A stretch of DNA of 64,000 nt from assembly GCA_045863235.1 (NCBI GenBank), contig BTUM01000010.1, positions 32,001-96,000 of the forward strand. The letters are read 5' to 3'. Positions within the stretch are counted from its first letter, which is position 1, and the number at the start of each line of letters is the position of its first letter. A model generated the notes under the pieces. It worked only from the letters and a program-made list of their open reading frames with translations. It made no database searches and was not told where the DNA came from. Positions 51,412-63,590 of this stretch are shown one piece after another. The position numbers and the translations under genes were made by a program. The stretch comes from Candidatus Xenobia bacterium (lineage in GTDB: Bacteria > Vulcanimicrobiota > Xenobia > Xenobiales > QWHO01).

Positions 51412-51617
51412 GACCCCGCAGAGGAATCAAAAGACCGGTCAGTGTCAGCAAGGATGGGCTGGTGGTCAACGAGAGCTTCTCCAGCTTTGCCGGGCCGGTC
51501 GGAGTGAGCCCCGATGGGAGCCGCATTGTCCTGGCGACCCTCGAGAGGCTTGACCCGATCGTCACCATCGAGTCGGTCTTCCAGGTCTACCAGCTCGAGA
51601 ATCCTTTGCTCCCGTGA
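51411..51617 (+). pseudogene. probable 3' remnant of a TolB-like beta-propeller gene
   Basis: Frame reading ...VSKDGLVV...VGVSPDGSRIVLAT...FQVYQLENPLLP* with no convincing start/RBS. Confidence 0.35.
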
Positions 51618-51618
51618 G

Positions 51619-53170
51619 CTACATCCGGAAGACCCCGTAACGGGGAGGTCCCTGGCTCACGAAGTCGCGCCGGTGCACCGCCGCCAGCGCCAGGCTGAGA
51701 ACGCGCCGCGTATCGCGCGGGTCGATCAGGGCGTCGTCCCAGAGGCGCGCGGTGGCGTAATAGGGCGAGGACTCCTCCTCGAAGCGCTGGCGCACGGCCT
51801 CGGCTTCGGCCTCCCCTACTCCCACCTGGCGCAGCACCCCGGCCGCCTGCTCGCCGCCCATCACGGCGATGCGGCTGGTGGGCCAGCTGAACAGGAAGCT
51901 GGGGTCGAAGGCCCGGCCGCACATCCCGTAGTTGCCCGCCCCGTAGGACCCGCCCACCAGCACCGTCAGCTGGGGCACGCTGGAGGTGGAGACGGCGTTG
52001 ACCAGCTTGCTGCCGTGCTTGACGATGCCCTCGCGCTCGGCCTTCGTGCCCACCATGAAGCCGGTGATATTCTGCAGGTAGATCAGCGGCGTGCGGGCCT
52101 GGTTGCAGAGCTGGATGAACTGCGCCCCCTTCAGGGCCGAATCGCCGAAAAGCACCCCGTTGTTGCCCAGCAGGCCCACGGGCCAACCGTCCAGGTGGGC
52201 CTGGGCGCAGATCAGCGTGCTGCCGTAGTCGGGCTTGAACTCGAAGAGCTCGCTCTCGTCCACGATGCGTGCCATCACCTCGCGCATGTCGAAAGGGTGG
52301 CGCGGGTCGACGCTCACCACGCCGAGCAGCTCCTCGGGGTCGAGGCGGGGCTCGCTGGGGGTCCGACGCGTCCCGTAGACAGGCTGGGGGGCCAGCCGGG
52401 CCACAATCTCGCGGCCCAGGCGCAGGGCGTCGCGATCATCCACAGCTGTATAGTCGCTCACCCCCGACACGCTGGCGTGCATCTCGGCGCCGCCCAGGCT
52501 CTCCTCGTCCACCTCCTCTCCGGTGGCCATGCGAACCAGCGGCGGGCCGCCCAGGAACACGCGGGCCTGGTTCCTCACCATCACCACGTGATCCGAAAGG
52601 CCCGGAATGTAGGCCCCCCCGGCAGTGCTCGAGCCGAACACCAGGGCCACCTGGGCGATGCCCTTACCGGACATCCGCGCCTGGTTGGCAAACACCCTCC
52701 CCCCGTTCTCGGCAAAGAGCTCGGCCTGGTGGGTCAGGTTGGCCCCGGCCGACTCGACGAGATAAACGCAGGGCAGGCGGTTCTCCAGCGCGATGGCCTG
52801 AGCCCGCAACATCTTCTTGAGGGTGACGGGATAGATGGCCCCGCCCTTCACAGTCGGATCGTTGGCCGAGACCAGGCAGAGACGGCCAGCCACGCTGCCG
52901 ATGCCGGCGATCTGTGAGGCGGAGGGGCACTCGTCAGAGTACATCCCCCAGGCCGCCAGGGGAGAAAGCTCCAGGAAGGGGGTGCCGGGGTCAAGCAAGA
53001 GCTCCACCCGCTCGCGAGGCAAGAGCTTGCCCCGCTTTCGCATGCGCTCGGCAGCGGCCGGACCGCCTCCCTGCTGCACCCGGGCCAATCGCTCGGAGAG
53101 CTCGTTCACCAGTTCCAGCGTTCGGGCCCGGTTGGCCGCGAACTCAGGGCCGCGGGGCGACAGGCGGCTC

Positions 53171-53178
<8 letters not shown>
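51619..53178 (-). CDS. acyl-CoA carboxylase beta (carboxyltransferase) subunit, MCC/AtuC-like
   Basis: RGKLLPRERVELLLDPG, NDPTVKGG, ESAGANL, GSSTAGGAY, QNITGFMVG, GSYGAGNYGMCGR, YGVFRM. Confidence 0.93.
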
Positions 53179-54015
<837 letters not shown>

Positions 54016-54019
<4 letters not shown>

Positions 54020-54762
54020 TGGGCCTTCCCCTGCGCCGCCACCGCGGCGGCCCGTTTGGCGGCCTCCTCCGAGTCGCCCAGGTAGTAATTGCGAAGGGGC
54101 TTGAGCTCCTCGTCCAGTTCGTAGACCAGGGGCAGCCCGGTAGGGATGTTCAGCTCGAGGATGTCCTTCTCGCTGACGTCGTCGAGGTACTTGACCAGGG
54201 CCCGCAAACTGTTACCGTGGGCGGTGATCAGCACCCGCTGGCCGGACTTGACCGCCGGGGCGATGGTGTCGTGCCAGTAAGGCAGGAAGCGCGCCACCGT
54301 GTCTTTGAGGCTCTCGGCCCGGGGAAGCTGCTCACCGTTCAAGCCCGCGTACCGCCGGTCATGGCCGGGGAAGCGCTCGTCGGAGGGGTCGAGCGGCGGC
54401 GGGGGCACATCGTAGCTGCGGCGCCAGATCTTCACCTGGGCCTCGCCGTGCTTCTCGGCCGTCTCGGCCTTGTTCAGCCCCTGCAAGGCCCCGTAGTGAC
54501 GCTCGTTGAGGCGCCAGGAGCGATGCACCGGCAGCCACATCAAGTCCATCTCGTCGAGGGTGATCCAGAGCGTGCGGATGGCTCGCTTGAGCACCGAGGT
54601 GTAGGCCACGTCGAAGGTCAGGCCAGCCTGGAGAATCATTTGCGCCCCCTTGCGGGCCTCCTCGATGCCGGCCGGGGTGAGGTCGACGTCGGTCCAGCCG
54701 GTGAAGCGGTTCTCCAGGTTCCAGGCGCTCTGGCCGTGACGGAGCAAGACGAGTTTGTGCAT
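54016..54762 (-). CDS. gpmA: 2,3-bisphosphoglycerate-dependent phosphoglycerate mutase
   Basis: [50 protein letters not shown]. Confidence 0.97.
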
Positions 54763-54819
54763 GATGAGGTCCTCCTTGCGCAGGGCGCACCTTTCGCAGG
54801 GGGCCGGGGGCAACCCTCT

Positions 54820-57192
54820 CTAGAGCGCGGTTCCCTCGGTCGAGAAGGCTCCCCGGTCGATGTAGTTCTCGACCGTGAAGGGGATCTGGCTGCGGGTCAG
54901 GTTGAACCGAGGAAAGTTGGGGGGCAAGACGTGCGTCTGGTAGGGATAAAAGAGCAACGCCTGGTCGGTATAGCCGAAATGCGGGTTGGCCGTGTAGGTC
55001 TGGCCGGCCACCGTGTTGGTCATCTGCAGGTAGGCGCCCTCCACGTCGGCAAAACGACTGGTGATGGAGCCCCGCAGCTGGATCTTCCCTTTGGCGTTCA
55101 TGATGCGCGGGTCCTGGGCCGCGAACTGGCGACCGCTCTTGAGCGTGATGGCCTGGGGCGGCGTGCCCGGGTCAGGGGGGATGCCCGTGATCCCCACCAG
55201 ATTCGCCTGCACATCGCGCTTGCTCAAGAAGTCCGGGTTGCCGGCGGTGTTGTCCCAGTCGAACTGCACCGAGCGCTCGAAACTGAGCAGAGCGGCGTCG
55301 ACGACCATTTCAGGACTGGGCAGCTCGGCGGTGTAGTTGCGGTCGTTGAGCAACACGAAGTTCTGGGCCACCAGACCAAGCACCGAAGGCTGATTGTCGG
55401 CATACTCCAGGTCGCTGCCCACGATCAAGTTCCCCTCGCGCTCCACGCCCGGCTTGGGTGGGGGGTAGAACATGCGGTCGGCGGGGAATCCTGTCAGGCC
55501 AAGCTGGGCAGCCGAGTAGGGCGGACCGGGCTCGGCCCGATTGAGCAGATTGCCATTCTGGTCACGAGCCTCGAAAAAGTCGCGAGCCGCCTGATGGTAG
55601 ATGCTGGTGGCGGCATCGTAGACGGGCGTCTGGTTGGGGGCCACTCCCACGATCTCGCGGTCGGTTCCCTCACCGGCCACGATGGTCAGGTGGCCGGCCA
55701 CCTTGGCTCCCGGGGCGGTCTGAACCTTGACGTTGCCGCCCTTAACGTAGAGGACCCCTTCCTTGAAGCTGGAGATGGGCACGTTCTGGTAACCCGGAAT
55801 GTCGAAGAGTTGCCCGGAGTACTTGCCCTCGAGCTGGATCGAAACCCGATCGTTATCGGCCCCCTGACCCAGGGTGACCACGACGTTGGGGATGCCGGGC
55901 GTGTTGTTGGCCTGGGCCTTAATGGCCGGGTTGGTGCTGAGGGCTCGGGGGTCCATCTCGATGGCATTGCGCACCTCAACCTTGCCGGTCTGCTCACCGG
56001 GAGGCAGCGTGACACCGGCCGGCAGCGGATCGCTATCCGTGGCTGAAGGATCGATGACGGGAGCAGCGCCGAAACTGATCGTCCCGTCCGGGTTCACCTG
56101 CCCGGCGCGCATCGCGCCCGCGGTCGAGTCGATCTCGATGAAGCCGCTCAGCGAGCCGCCCCCCTGGCGACGGCTGGCCTTGTACTGGCCATAGCCGCGC
56201 TGAACCTGATTGCCTGCCCGCTTGGTGATGTAGGGAAAGACCTCGCCCGGCTCGGATGCCTGGGGAAGGCCGAGCCGGGGGGCCAGGCGGCTGATCCCGC
56301 CCGAATACAGGCCCGCATCCACGGTCGGATCGACCTCGTCCCCCTGGCGGTCGAGGTTGGTGCTCTGGGCGATGGAGACGCCCTGGCGGAACATCGCGCC
56401 GCCGGCCGCGTTGGGAGGGAACAGGTAGCGGATGCGGCCCGAGGCGTCGTACCAGGACTGGCGCAGGTTGGGGTCGCCCAGGTGGCCCACGATCCGCACC
56501 GGCATGGTCTCGGTGTAATCCTCGGGAATGCCCACCCGCATGGCCAGCTCGTCGCGGGCCCCGGGCACATTGCCCTGCACGTCCCAGGAAACGTCGTTCT
56601 CATTGGTCTTGCGGCGGGTGGCCGAGTCCTCCAGCAAGCGCACGTCCACCTGGCGGCTGGCCACCGCGTTGGTGAGCGGATCGCCCCGCCGGAAAATGCG
56701 CGAGCGAATGTTCACCGTGTAGCGCTGGGGCTGGCCTTCGATGGCGGTGGTGTCCACGGTGACCGGGCTGAAGTCCATCTCCACCACGGCCTCCAGCTCA
56801 TTGCCGATGGGGATGCGAGTGGGGTTGACCGGGTCGCCAAAATAGATGTTGCGCTGAGCCGTGGTGCCCTGCCGAACACGAATGGGATAGCCTCGGAACA
56901 GTCCGCCGGGCATGCCGGCGCCATCGTGGATGCGCAGGGTAAAATAGCGGTCCGTCAGGGAGGTGAACTGCATGCTGCCTCCCCCGGTCAAGTTGGGGGG
57001 AGCCTGCATGTAGTTGATCAGATAGTCCAGAGCCCAGTTACAGGCCTGCAGGGAAGCGGCCTGAAAGTAGCCCGACCGAGAGCTGCGCGACTCGTTGTGG
57101 GCCAGGGCCAGGAAGGTGATGCTGAGCGTGATGAGCACGGCCACCGTGAACAGGGCCAGAATCATCGAGATCCCTCGGGGTCGTCTGTTCAT
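54820..57192 (-). CDS. large PilX-like minor pilin / pilus-associated protein
   Basis: N-terminal RPRG|ISMILALFTVAVLITLSITF prepilin-like segment lacking Glu5, followed by a long beta-rich domain. Confidence 0.65.
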   Translation of the reverse strand: MNRRPRGISMILALFTVAVLITLSITFLALAHNESRSSRSGYFQAASLQACNWALDYLINYMQAPPNLTGGGSMQFTSLTDRYFTLRIHDGAGMPGGLFRGYPIRVRQGTTAQRNIYFGDPVNPTRIPIGNELEAVVEMDFSPVTVDTTAIEGQPQRYTVNIRSRIFRRGDPLTNAVASRQVDVRLLEDSATRRKTNENDVSWDVQGNVPGARDELAMRVGIPEDYTETMPVRIVGHLGDPNLRQSWYDASGRIRYLFPPNAAGGAMFRQGVSIAQSTNLDRQGDEVDPTVDAGLYSGGISRLAPRLGLPQASEPGEVFPYITKRAGNQVQRGYGQYKASRRQGGGSLSGFIEIDSTAGAMRAGQVNPDGTISFGAAPVIDPSATDSDPLPAGVTLPPGEQTGKVEVRNAIEMDPRALSTNPAIKAQANNTPGIPNVVVTLGQGADNDRVSIQLEGKYSGQLFDIPGYQNVPISSFKEGVLYVKGGNVKVQTAPGAKVAGHLTIVAGEGTDREIVGVAPNQTPVYDAATSIYHQAARDFFEARDQNGNLLNRAEPGPPYSAAQLGLTGFPADRMFYPPPKPGVEREGNLIVGSDLEYADNQPSVLGLVAQNFVLLNDRNYTAELPSPEMVVDAALLSFERSVQFDWDNTAGNPDFLSKRDVQANLVGITGIPPDPGTPPQAITLKSGRQFAAQDPRIMNAKGKIQLRGSITSRFADVEGAYLQMTNTVAGQTYTANPHFGYTDQALLFYPYQTHVLPPNFPRFNLTRSQIPFTVENYIDRGAFSTEGTAL

Positions 57193-57201
57193 GGGGCCTC
57201 C

Positions 57202-58041
57202 TCAGTGGCTTCCTGGTCGAGATTGGAGATTGACATCGGTCTTCAACTCGCCCACGCTGACGAACTCGCGCAGCGTCAACGTGACTCGCACGGTCAGGGT
57301 CAACAGGTTGGGCTCGAAGAAAACGTCGGGCTGGTTGGGGGGCGCGGGAATCTTGGGCTGGGCCACTTCGAACTCGATCCGGTCCAGCGGATTAGGCAGG
57401 ACAGCCACCGGCTGATTCTCCGGGTTGATGCTGGGACCGACAAGATTGGCGTCGTTGCCAGGATAGAAGTAGCTGATCACGGCTCGGGCCCGGGTCGGCT
57501 GGGTGACCGGTCCCTGGAATTCGTGGCCGCCCGGGGCTGCCCCCGGACCGCTGGCCACGCGATAGACGCGCCGCAGGAGAACGCGCGGGTTGCCCTGGTC
57601 GACGACGTATTCCACGTAGACGAAATTGTTGGTGGAATCGATGTTGTTGATGTCGACGTCGGTTCCCGAGCGGGTAAAGATCAGCCGGTTCTTGACCACC
57701 GACAGAATCGGCGCCCCTGGAACCGGGTTGGCCACCTGGGTGCGCGCGTAGAAGGGTCCGAAGGCGGGGTCAAAGTCACTGTAGGGCCCGGGGAAAAGCA
57801 CCGCCGACACGGGGATCTGGTCGATGGTCTGCTCGAAGCCCGGAATGATCACCGCCGTGCGCAACTCGGAGGCCATCTTGTCGATCACGTCCCGGCAGGT
57901 CGACTGAGCTCGCCTGGACAGCTCACCCTTCTGGTGAGCCCACAGCCCGTGCCTGAAGATCAGAGCCAGGGCGGCCAGCAGCAAGCCGAGCAGCCCGGCC
58001 GTAAAGATGGTTTCCACCACCGTGAAGCCGCGCCGACGCAT
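57202..58041 (-). CDS. type IV prepilin-like protein (PilW/PulJ-like)
   Basis: MRRRG|FTVVE N-methylation motif + hydrophobic helix. Confidence 0.8.
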   Translation of the reverse strand: MRRRGFTVVETIFTAGLLGLLLAALALIFRHGLWAHQKGELSRRAQSTCRDVIDKMASELRTAVIIPGFEQTIDQIPVSAVLFPGPYSDFDPAFGPFYARTQVANPVPGAPILSVVKNRLIFTRSGTDVDINNIDSTNNFVYVEYVVDQGNPRVLLRRVYRVASGPGAAPGGHEFQGPVTQPTRARAVISYFYPGNDANLVGPSINPENQPVAVLPNPLDRIEFEVAQPKIPAPPNQPDVFFEPNLLTLTVRVTLTLREFVSVGELKTDVNLQSRPGSH

Positions 58042-58571
58042 CAGTACCGGTTCTCCGTGCGCGAGGTCTTGACCGTTACGTGCCGGCGCTGCAGCTCACG
58101 CTCGTTGGGCTCATCCCAGGCAATGGTCACCTCGATATCGGCGTAGCGAGGATAACCGTCCTCAATGTTGGGGGTGAGCACGCGAATTCCCAGCGGAATC
58201 CCGGCACCTGCACTTGCGTCCGGCAGCAGGAAGGGAGCCTTGAGCTCGGTCTTGATGACACCGGCAGGCGGCAGGGTGCCGCTCTGGGTGTACTGGCTCA
58301 GCTGGAACAGGCTGGGCTGGGCCGGATTGACCGAGTCGAAGGGGAACTGGCGCACCTCCTCGGCGATGGCCGTGGCCAGTTGAGCGGCCTGGGTGGCCCG
58401 CTGGCTCTTGCGATTGAGCTTGTAGCCAGCCGGGTAGACGGCGGCAAAGGCGATCAGAACAGTCGACAGCAAGACGATGGTGACCATCAGCTCGAGTAGG
58501 CTGAGACCACGCCGTTTGGCAGCATCCAGGACCAAAAAGTCTATCCTCCAGGCAAAACGCCGAATCGGCAT
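58041..58571 (-). CDS. type IV prepilin-like protein (PilV-like)
   Basis: KRRG|LSLLELMVTIV motif; C-terminal IEVTIAW; true start may be ~12 codons downstream. Confidence 0.8.
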   Translation of the reverse strand: MPIRRFAWRIDFLVLDAAKRRGLSLLELMVTIVLLSTVLIAFAAVYPAGYKLNRKSQRATQAAQLATAIAEEVRQFPFDSVNPAQPSLFQLSQYTQSGTLPPAGVIKTELKAPFLLPDASAGAGIPLGIRVLTPNIEDGYPRYADIEVTIAWDEPNERELQRRHVTVKTSRTENRY

Positions 58572-58733
58572 GAGGCATCCGACAGGGATTCCCTGCCCTC
58601 AGTTTAGCATGCCTTTGTTAAAAGTGTTCGCGGTCGGCCGTGCCGGGTGAACTGAGCTTGACCAGGCCCAATAAGGACGTCGGTGAGCTACGAGTTGGAC
58701 CCCGCCAACAAGCGGGCCATGAAGCGGGTCAGG

Positions 58734-59135
58734 TCAGGAGATGCGGTTGATACCAGGAAAGTGGTCAAATCCAGCGTCAAAGCTCAGAATGCGGCGGATA
58801 CCCCGATGCTCCATCACCGCCAGGTGGATCGCATCCCGGGCCGACAGGATCGTCTTGCCGAGCAGAATGTCCCTGGCCCGAACTGCGTCGGCCAGATCGA
58901 CAGGAAAGACTTCATCCACCACCCCGAGCAGCGCCTCAAACGCAGGTTGAACGGCACTCAATCGGTTGGTTGCGGCGTAGCGATGGAGAATTTCCTGGAA
59001 TACCTCCGCATCGGTCACCAGGCGGTCGTTTCGAGCTATGCTTTCCTCGATCAGCTTTCGACTCCTATCCTTGTTGGGATGAGGAGCCCCGATCAGGTAC
59101 ATCGGGATGTTGGAGTCGACCAGAACCTCCGTCAC
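58734..59135 (-). CDS. vapC: PIN-domain VapC toxin
   Basis: VLVDSNIPMYLIG..HP.K, TDAEVFQEILHRY, LSARDAIHLAVM, ILSFDAGFD. Confidence 0.9.
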   Translation of the reverse strand: MTEVLVDSNIPMYLIGAPHPNKDRSRKLIEESIARNDRLVTDAEVFQEILHRYAATNRLSAVQPAFEALLGVVDEVFPVDLADAVRARDILLGKTILSARDAIHLAVMEHRGIRRILSFDAGFDHFPGINRIS

Positions 59136-59383
59136 GGCAGGGAATCGTAGCCGCGCTCGATCTCGGCAAGCATCTCATCGATATCGCCCACGGGGAAAGA
59201 ATACTGGTAGGCTTTATGGGTCGCCTCCAGTCTTGACCTGGGGTCTGGACGGGACTCCTGCTCGCGGGCGGAACGAAGAGCGCTGCGTACCCACTCCGCC
59301 ACGGTCACTCGCTTTCGTCGTGCGGCGGCCCGGATCTCAGCTAACTCCTCTTCACCAAACAGAACCTGAAGCCTCTTACTCAT
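59132..59383 (-). CDS. ribbon-helix-helix antitoxin (VapB-like)
   Basis: MSKRLQVL...E..EI..AARR..TVAEWVR; FP.GDIDEMLAEIERG; overlaps vapC. Confidence 0.85.
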   Translation of the reverse strand: MSKRLQVLFGEEELAEIRAAARRKRVTVAEWVRSALRSAREQESRPDPRSRLEATHKAYQYSFPVGDIDEMLAEIERGYDSLP

Positions 59384-59390
59384 CAGCGTG

Positions 59391-59419
59391 AGTATAACAG
59401 ACTACCATAGATGGGTCAA
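59391..59419 (-). promoter_or_regulatory. sigma70 promoter of the TA pair (leaderless transcript likely)
   Basis: Minus strand TTGACC-17-TATACT with extended TG; ATG 7 nt downstream, no SD. Confidence 0.7.
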
Positions 59420-59623
59420 AACCACCGCGGCCCTCGTGAGGAGACGATTTGAACATCCGGGGATCGTGGTGGTTTCCCGCAGCCAGAACCAGGCAGAACA
59501 ACCGATCTGGAAGAGTCGCCCAGGAGTCCTCCGGCCGCCTGGGGGCGGGTCTGGCCCTGTGCCTGGCAGCCTGGCAAATGAGATGGGGCTTCTCCTATCA
59601 CTTCTGATCGAGCCGGCCAGCCG

Positions 59624-59655
59624 AAAAAGAAGCGACCCCTCGCGGGGTCGCTTCT
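59624..59655 (-). terminator. intrinsic terminator after clpB
   Basis: 12-bp stem AGAAGCGACCCC/GGGGTCGCTTCT, 4-nt loop, T-tract on the minus strand. Confidence 0.85.
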
Positions 59656-59667
59656 CCCTTCGTCCGA

Positions 59668-62274
59668 TCAGGCAACCGCCGGCTCGGCCTGGAGCACCCG
59701 CAGACCCAGGTGCTCGCCCTCGCGGTCGATGCGCACCAGGTCGCCGGGCTTGAGCTGGCCCGACAACAACCCGCGGGCGAGCAGATCTTGCACGTGCTTT
59801 TGCACGGCCCGCTTGAGGGGACGGGCGCCGAAGACTGGATCCCATCCTTCCGCGGCCAGGAAGGCCTTGGCGGCCGAGGTGAGCTCCACGGTGACCTTGT
59901 GCTCGGCCATCCGCTTGAGCAGGTGGGCCACCTGGATGTCCACGATCTTCTCCAGCGACTCGCGCGAGAGCTTGTGGAACGTGATCACCTCGTCGATGCG
60001 GTTGAGGAACTCGGGCCGGAACCGCTCGCGCAGGCTCTTGTCGAGCAGGCGCTCGCGCTCGGCATCGCTGAGGCTCTCCTCCTGGATCCACTCGCTGCCG
60101 ACGTTGCTGGTCATGATGACCAGCGTCTGGCGGAAGTCGACCGTGCGCCCATGGCCGTCGGTCAGGCGTCCGTCGTCCATCAGTTGCAAGAGCACGTTGA
60201 AGACGTCGGGGTGGGCCTTCTCGATCTCGTCGAAGAGCACCACCGAGTAGGGCCGGCGACGCACCGCCTCGGTCAGCTGCCCTCCCTCATCGTAGCCGAT
60301 GTAACCGGGAGGGGCGCCGATCATGCGGGCCACCGAGTGTTTCTCCATGTATTCCGACATGTCCAGGCGCACCATCGCCTTCTCGTCGTCGAACATGAAC
60401 TCGGCCAGCGCCCGCGCGAGCTCGGTCTTGCCCACGCCGGTGGGGCCCAGGAAGAGGAAGGTGCCGATGGGCCGGTCGGGGTCAGCCACCCCGGCCCGTG
60501 AGCGGCGCACGGCGTTGGACACGCTGACCACCGCGTGATCTTGCCCCACCACTCGCTGCTCGATGCGCTCTTCCATGTGCATCAGCTTGGCCTTCTCGCT
60601 CTCGAGCAGGCGGTTGACGGGAATGCCGGTCCAGCGCGAAACCACGGTGGCCACGTCCTCTTCCTCGACCTCTTCCTTCAGGAAGCGGCCGTCTTTTTGC
60701 AGCTCGGCCAGACGCGCCTCGTCGGCGGCCAGCTCTTTCTGCAGGTTGAGGGTCAGACCGTAGCGGATCTCGGCCACCCGCGCGAGATCGCCCCGGCGCT
60801 CGGCCTCCTGCTCTTCCAGAGCCACCTTCTCGAGCCGCTCCTTGGTCGAGCGGATCTTGGCGATGGCTTCCTTCTCGGCCGCCCAGACGGCCTTCATGCC
60901 GTCCGACTTCTCGCGAAGCTCGGCCAGCTCTTCCTCGAGCTTGCCCAGGCGCTCCTTGGAGGCCTTGTCCTTCTCCTTCCCCAGCGCCTGCTTCTCGATC
61001 TCGAGCTGCATGATGCGCCGCTGGAGCTGGTCGATCTCGTGCGGCATAGAGTCGATCTCCATGCGCAGGCTGGAGGCTGCCTCGTCGATCAGGTCCACCG
61101 CTTTGTCGGGCAGGAACCGGTCGGCGATGTAACGATGCGAGAGAACGGCGGCCCCCACGATGGCGCTATCGGTGATGCGCACGCCGTGGTGGATCTCGTA
61201 CTTCTCTTTCAGTCCGCGCAGGATGGCGATGGTCTGCTCGACCGTCGGCTCGCCCACGAAGACCGGCTGGAAGCGGCGCTCCAGGGCCGGGTCCTTCTCG
61301 ATGTGCTTGCGGAACTCGTCCAGGGTGGTGGCGCCGATGCAGCGCAACTCGCCGCGTGCCAGCGCCGGCTTGAGCATGTTGGCAGCATCCACCGCCCCCT
61401 CGGCCGCGCCCGCGCCCACCAGGGTATGGAGCTCGTCGATGAAGCAGATGATGCGCCCCTCCGAGGCCGTGATCTCCTTGAGCACGGCCTTGAGACGGTC
61501 TTCGAACTCACCGCGGTACTTGGCGCCAGCCACCAGCGCGCCCATGTCCAGGGCGAACACGGTGCGGTCCTTGAGACCTTCCGGCACGTCCCCCTCCACG
61601 ATGCGGCGAGCCAGACCCTCCACGATGGCGGTCTTGCCCACCCCCGGCTCGCCGATGAGCACGGGGTTGTTCTTGGTGCGCCGTGAGAGCACCTGAATGG
61701 TGCGGCGGATCTCCTCGTCGCGCCCGATGACCGGGTCGAGCTTGCCCTTGCGGGCCATTTCGGTGAGATCGCGGCCGTAGCGCTCAAGCGCCTGGTACTT
61801 GGCCTCGGGGTTCTGGTCGGTCACCCGCTGGGTACCGCGGATCTGCACCAGAGCCTGGTAAATCTTGTCACCCTGCACGCCAAGCTCGGCCAGCAGCTTG
61901 CCAGCCGGCTCGTCCTTCTTGGCCGCCAGGCCAAGAAGCATGTGCTCGGTGGAAATGTACTCGTCCTTGAGACGGTCGGCCTCTTTCGTGGCGCGCTCGA
62001 GCACCTCGCGAAGTCGGGCCGAGAGCCCCGCCGGGCCGGCGTTGGACCCGTAGACCTTGGGCAGCTTGTCCAGCTCTTGCTGGGCGCGCTGCTCGAGCCC
62101 GTCGGGGTCGACGCCGAGCTTGCGCAGCAACGGGCCGACCACTCCGTCCTGCTGGCCGAGCAGGGCCAACAGGAGGTGCAGCGGCTCGATCTGCGACTGG
62201 TTGCCCTGGTCGGCCAGCTCTTGCGAGCGGGAAACGGCCTCCTGGGCTTTCACCGTGAGCTTGTCGAATCGCAT
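59668..62274 (-). CDS. clpB: ATP-dependent chaperone ClpB
   Basis: Two AAA+ modules ([16 protein letters not shown]), [14 protein letters not shown], coiled-coil M domain, [23 protein letters not shown]. Confidence 0.97.
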   Translation of the reverse strand: MRFDKLTVKAQEAVSRSQELADQGNQSQIEPLHLLLALLGQQDGVVGPLLRKLGVDPDGLEQRAQQELDKLPKVYGSNAGPAGLSARLREVLERATKEADRLKDEYISTEHMLLGLAAKKDEPAGKLLAELGVQGDKIYQALVQIRGTQRVTDQNPEAKYQALERYGRDLTEMARKGKLDPVIGRDEEIRRTIQVLSRRTKNNPVLIGEPGVGKTAIVEGLARRIVEGDVPEGLKDRTVFALDMGALVAGAKYRGEFEDRLKAVLKEITASEGRIICFIDELHTLVGAGAAEGAVDAANMLKPALARGELRCIGATTLDEFRKHIEKDPALERRFQPVFVGEPTVEQTIAILRGLKEKYEIHHGVRITDSAIVGAAVLSHRYIADRFLPDKAVDLIDEAASSLRMEIDSMPHEIDQLQRRIMQLEIEKQALGKEKDKASKERLGKLEEELAELREKSDGMKAVWAAEKEAIAKIRSTKERLEKVALEEQEAERRGDLARVAEIRYGLTLNLQKELAADEARLAELQKDGRFLKEEVEEEDVATVVSRWTGIPVNRLLESEKAKLMHMEERIEQRVVGQDHAVVSVSNAVRRSRAGVADPDRPIGTFLFLGPTGVGKTELARALAEFMFDDEKAMVRLDMSEYMEKHSVARMIGAPPGYIGYDEGGQLTEAVRRRPYSVVLFDEIEKAHPDVFNVLLQLMDDGRLTDGHGRTVDFRQTLVIMTSNVGSEWIQEESLSDAERERLLDKSLRERFRPEFLNRIDEVITFHKLSRESLEKIVDIQVAHLLKRMAEHKVTVELTSAAKAFLAAEGWDPVFGARPLKRAVQKHVQDLLARGLLSGQLKPGDLVRIDREGEHLGLRVLQAEPAVA

Positions 62275-62406
62275 GGATTCCTCCTCATGAAACTTGAATT
62301 GAGTCCAGGATACCCGCCCCCCCGTTAGAGCTGCATATGCGCGGCGATGGCATCTTGTTTGCCGCTCGGGAGGGACCGGGCCAGCCCCGTGGAACAGCCG
62401 GCAGCT

Positions 62407-63039
62407 ATGGCTTTGCACGTTCTCGAACATCCGCTCATCCAACACAAGCTCACCTGGTTGCGAGACAAGTCCACGAGCCCCAAAGAGTTTCGCAACCTGG
62501 TGGAAGAGATCGCCACCTTGATGGCTTACGAAGCGACGCGGGGGTTACCACTGGAGGAGGTCGAGGTGGAAACGCCTCTCCAGAAAACGTTGGGAAGGGC
62601 CATCGTGGGCAAGAAGCTCGCCCTCATCCCCATCTTGCGAGCAGGCCTGGGGATGGTAGAAGGCATCATGCGGCTCATACCCCACGCCAAGATCGGGCAC
62701 ATCGGGCTCTATCGCGATCACGACACCTTGCAGCCGGTGGAGTACTACTTCAAGGTCCCCGATGACCTCACCGAGCGAGACATCCTGCTACTCGACCCGA
62801 TGCTGGCCACGGGCGGCTCGGCGGCCGCGGCGGTCAACTTTCTCAAGGCCCGCGGGGCACGCAGCAAGAGCATCAAGCTGCTCTGCCTGCTGGCCGCGCC
62901 CGAGGGCATCGAGGCCATGCGCAAGAACGATCCCGAGGTGGACATCTTCACCGCCAGCGTCGACGATTGCTTGAACGAGAAGGGTTACATCATGCCCGGT
63001 CTGGGTGACGCCGGCGACCGGCTCTTCGGCACCCTGTGA
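62407..63039 (+). CDS. upp: uracil phosphoribosyltransferase
   Basis: [57 protein letters not shown]. Confidence 0.97.
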   Translation: MALHVLEHPLIQHKLTWLRDKSTSPKEFRNLVEEIATLMAYEATRGLPLEEVEVETPLQKTLGRAIVGKKLALIPILRAGLGMVEGIMRLIPHAKIGHIGLYRDHDTLQPVEYYFKVPDDLTERDILLLDPMLATGGSAAAAVNFLKARGARSKSIKLLCLLAAPEGIEAMRKNDPEVDIFTASVDDCLNEKGYIMPGLGDAGDRLFGTL

Positions 63040-63524
63040 CGCGCTGGCTGCTGGTCCTGCTGCTTCTGGCCCCGGGCCTGGCCTTCGAGGCACCCGAGGT
63101 GCAGCTCGCCTTCACCAACCCGACCGGCTGGGAGCAACGCCCCGCCGCCAAGGAAGGCGGTCTGGTGCTGTTCGCCGCCCCCAAAACCCCGGCCGTGCGC
63201 AGCACGCTGGAGGTCTCGGTGACGGAGATGGGTCAGGTCGAAGAGCTACGCCGCCAGGATGCGCTCGGGGTTGTGCGCCACCTGGCCGGCAGGCTGGAAA
63301 ACTTCGACCTGCTGGGCAGCAAGGAGACAAAGGTGGCCGGAATGAAAGCCCAGCGCATCACCTACAAGGCGCGTTCGGGCAAGACCATCCTGCAGACCAC
63401 CCAGGTCTTCCTGGTGCGCTCGGGGCGGCTCTTTCTCTTCACCCTGACCACCTCGCCCGAGCAGCACGCGGCCCACTCCAAGGTGCTCAACAAGGTGCTC
63501 GAATCCGTGCGCTGGCTCTCGTAA
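63036..63524 (+). CDS. secreted PsbP/DcrB-like hypothetical protein
   Basis: Signal peptide, F..PTGW, TKVAG..A, LFTLTT, VLESVRW; GTGA overlap with upp. Confidence 0.65.
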   Translation: MTRWLLVLLLLAPGLAFEAPEVQLAFTNPTGWEQRPAAKEGGLVLFAAPKTPAVRSTLEVSVTEMGQVEELRRQDALGVVRHLAGRLENFDLLGSKETKVAGMKAQRITYKARSGKTILQTTQVFLVRSGRLFLFTLTTSPEQHAAHSKVLNKVLESVRWLS

Positions 63525-63590
63525 CGGGTCCGCAAGGGGTTCAAAGCTCGGGCGCGAAGAGCTGAGGTCAATCAGGTCTGCGGGGGGCCA

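Noticed and set aside
62280..62310. HspR (HAIR) or CIRCE operator upstream of clpB
   Set aside because: Only a half-site-like TTGAGT is present; no complete inverted repeat.
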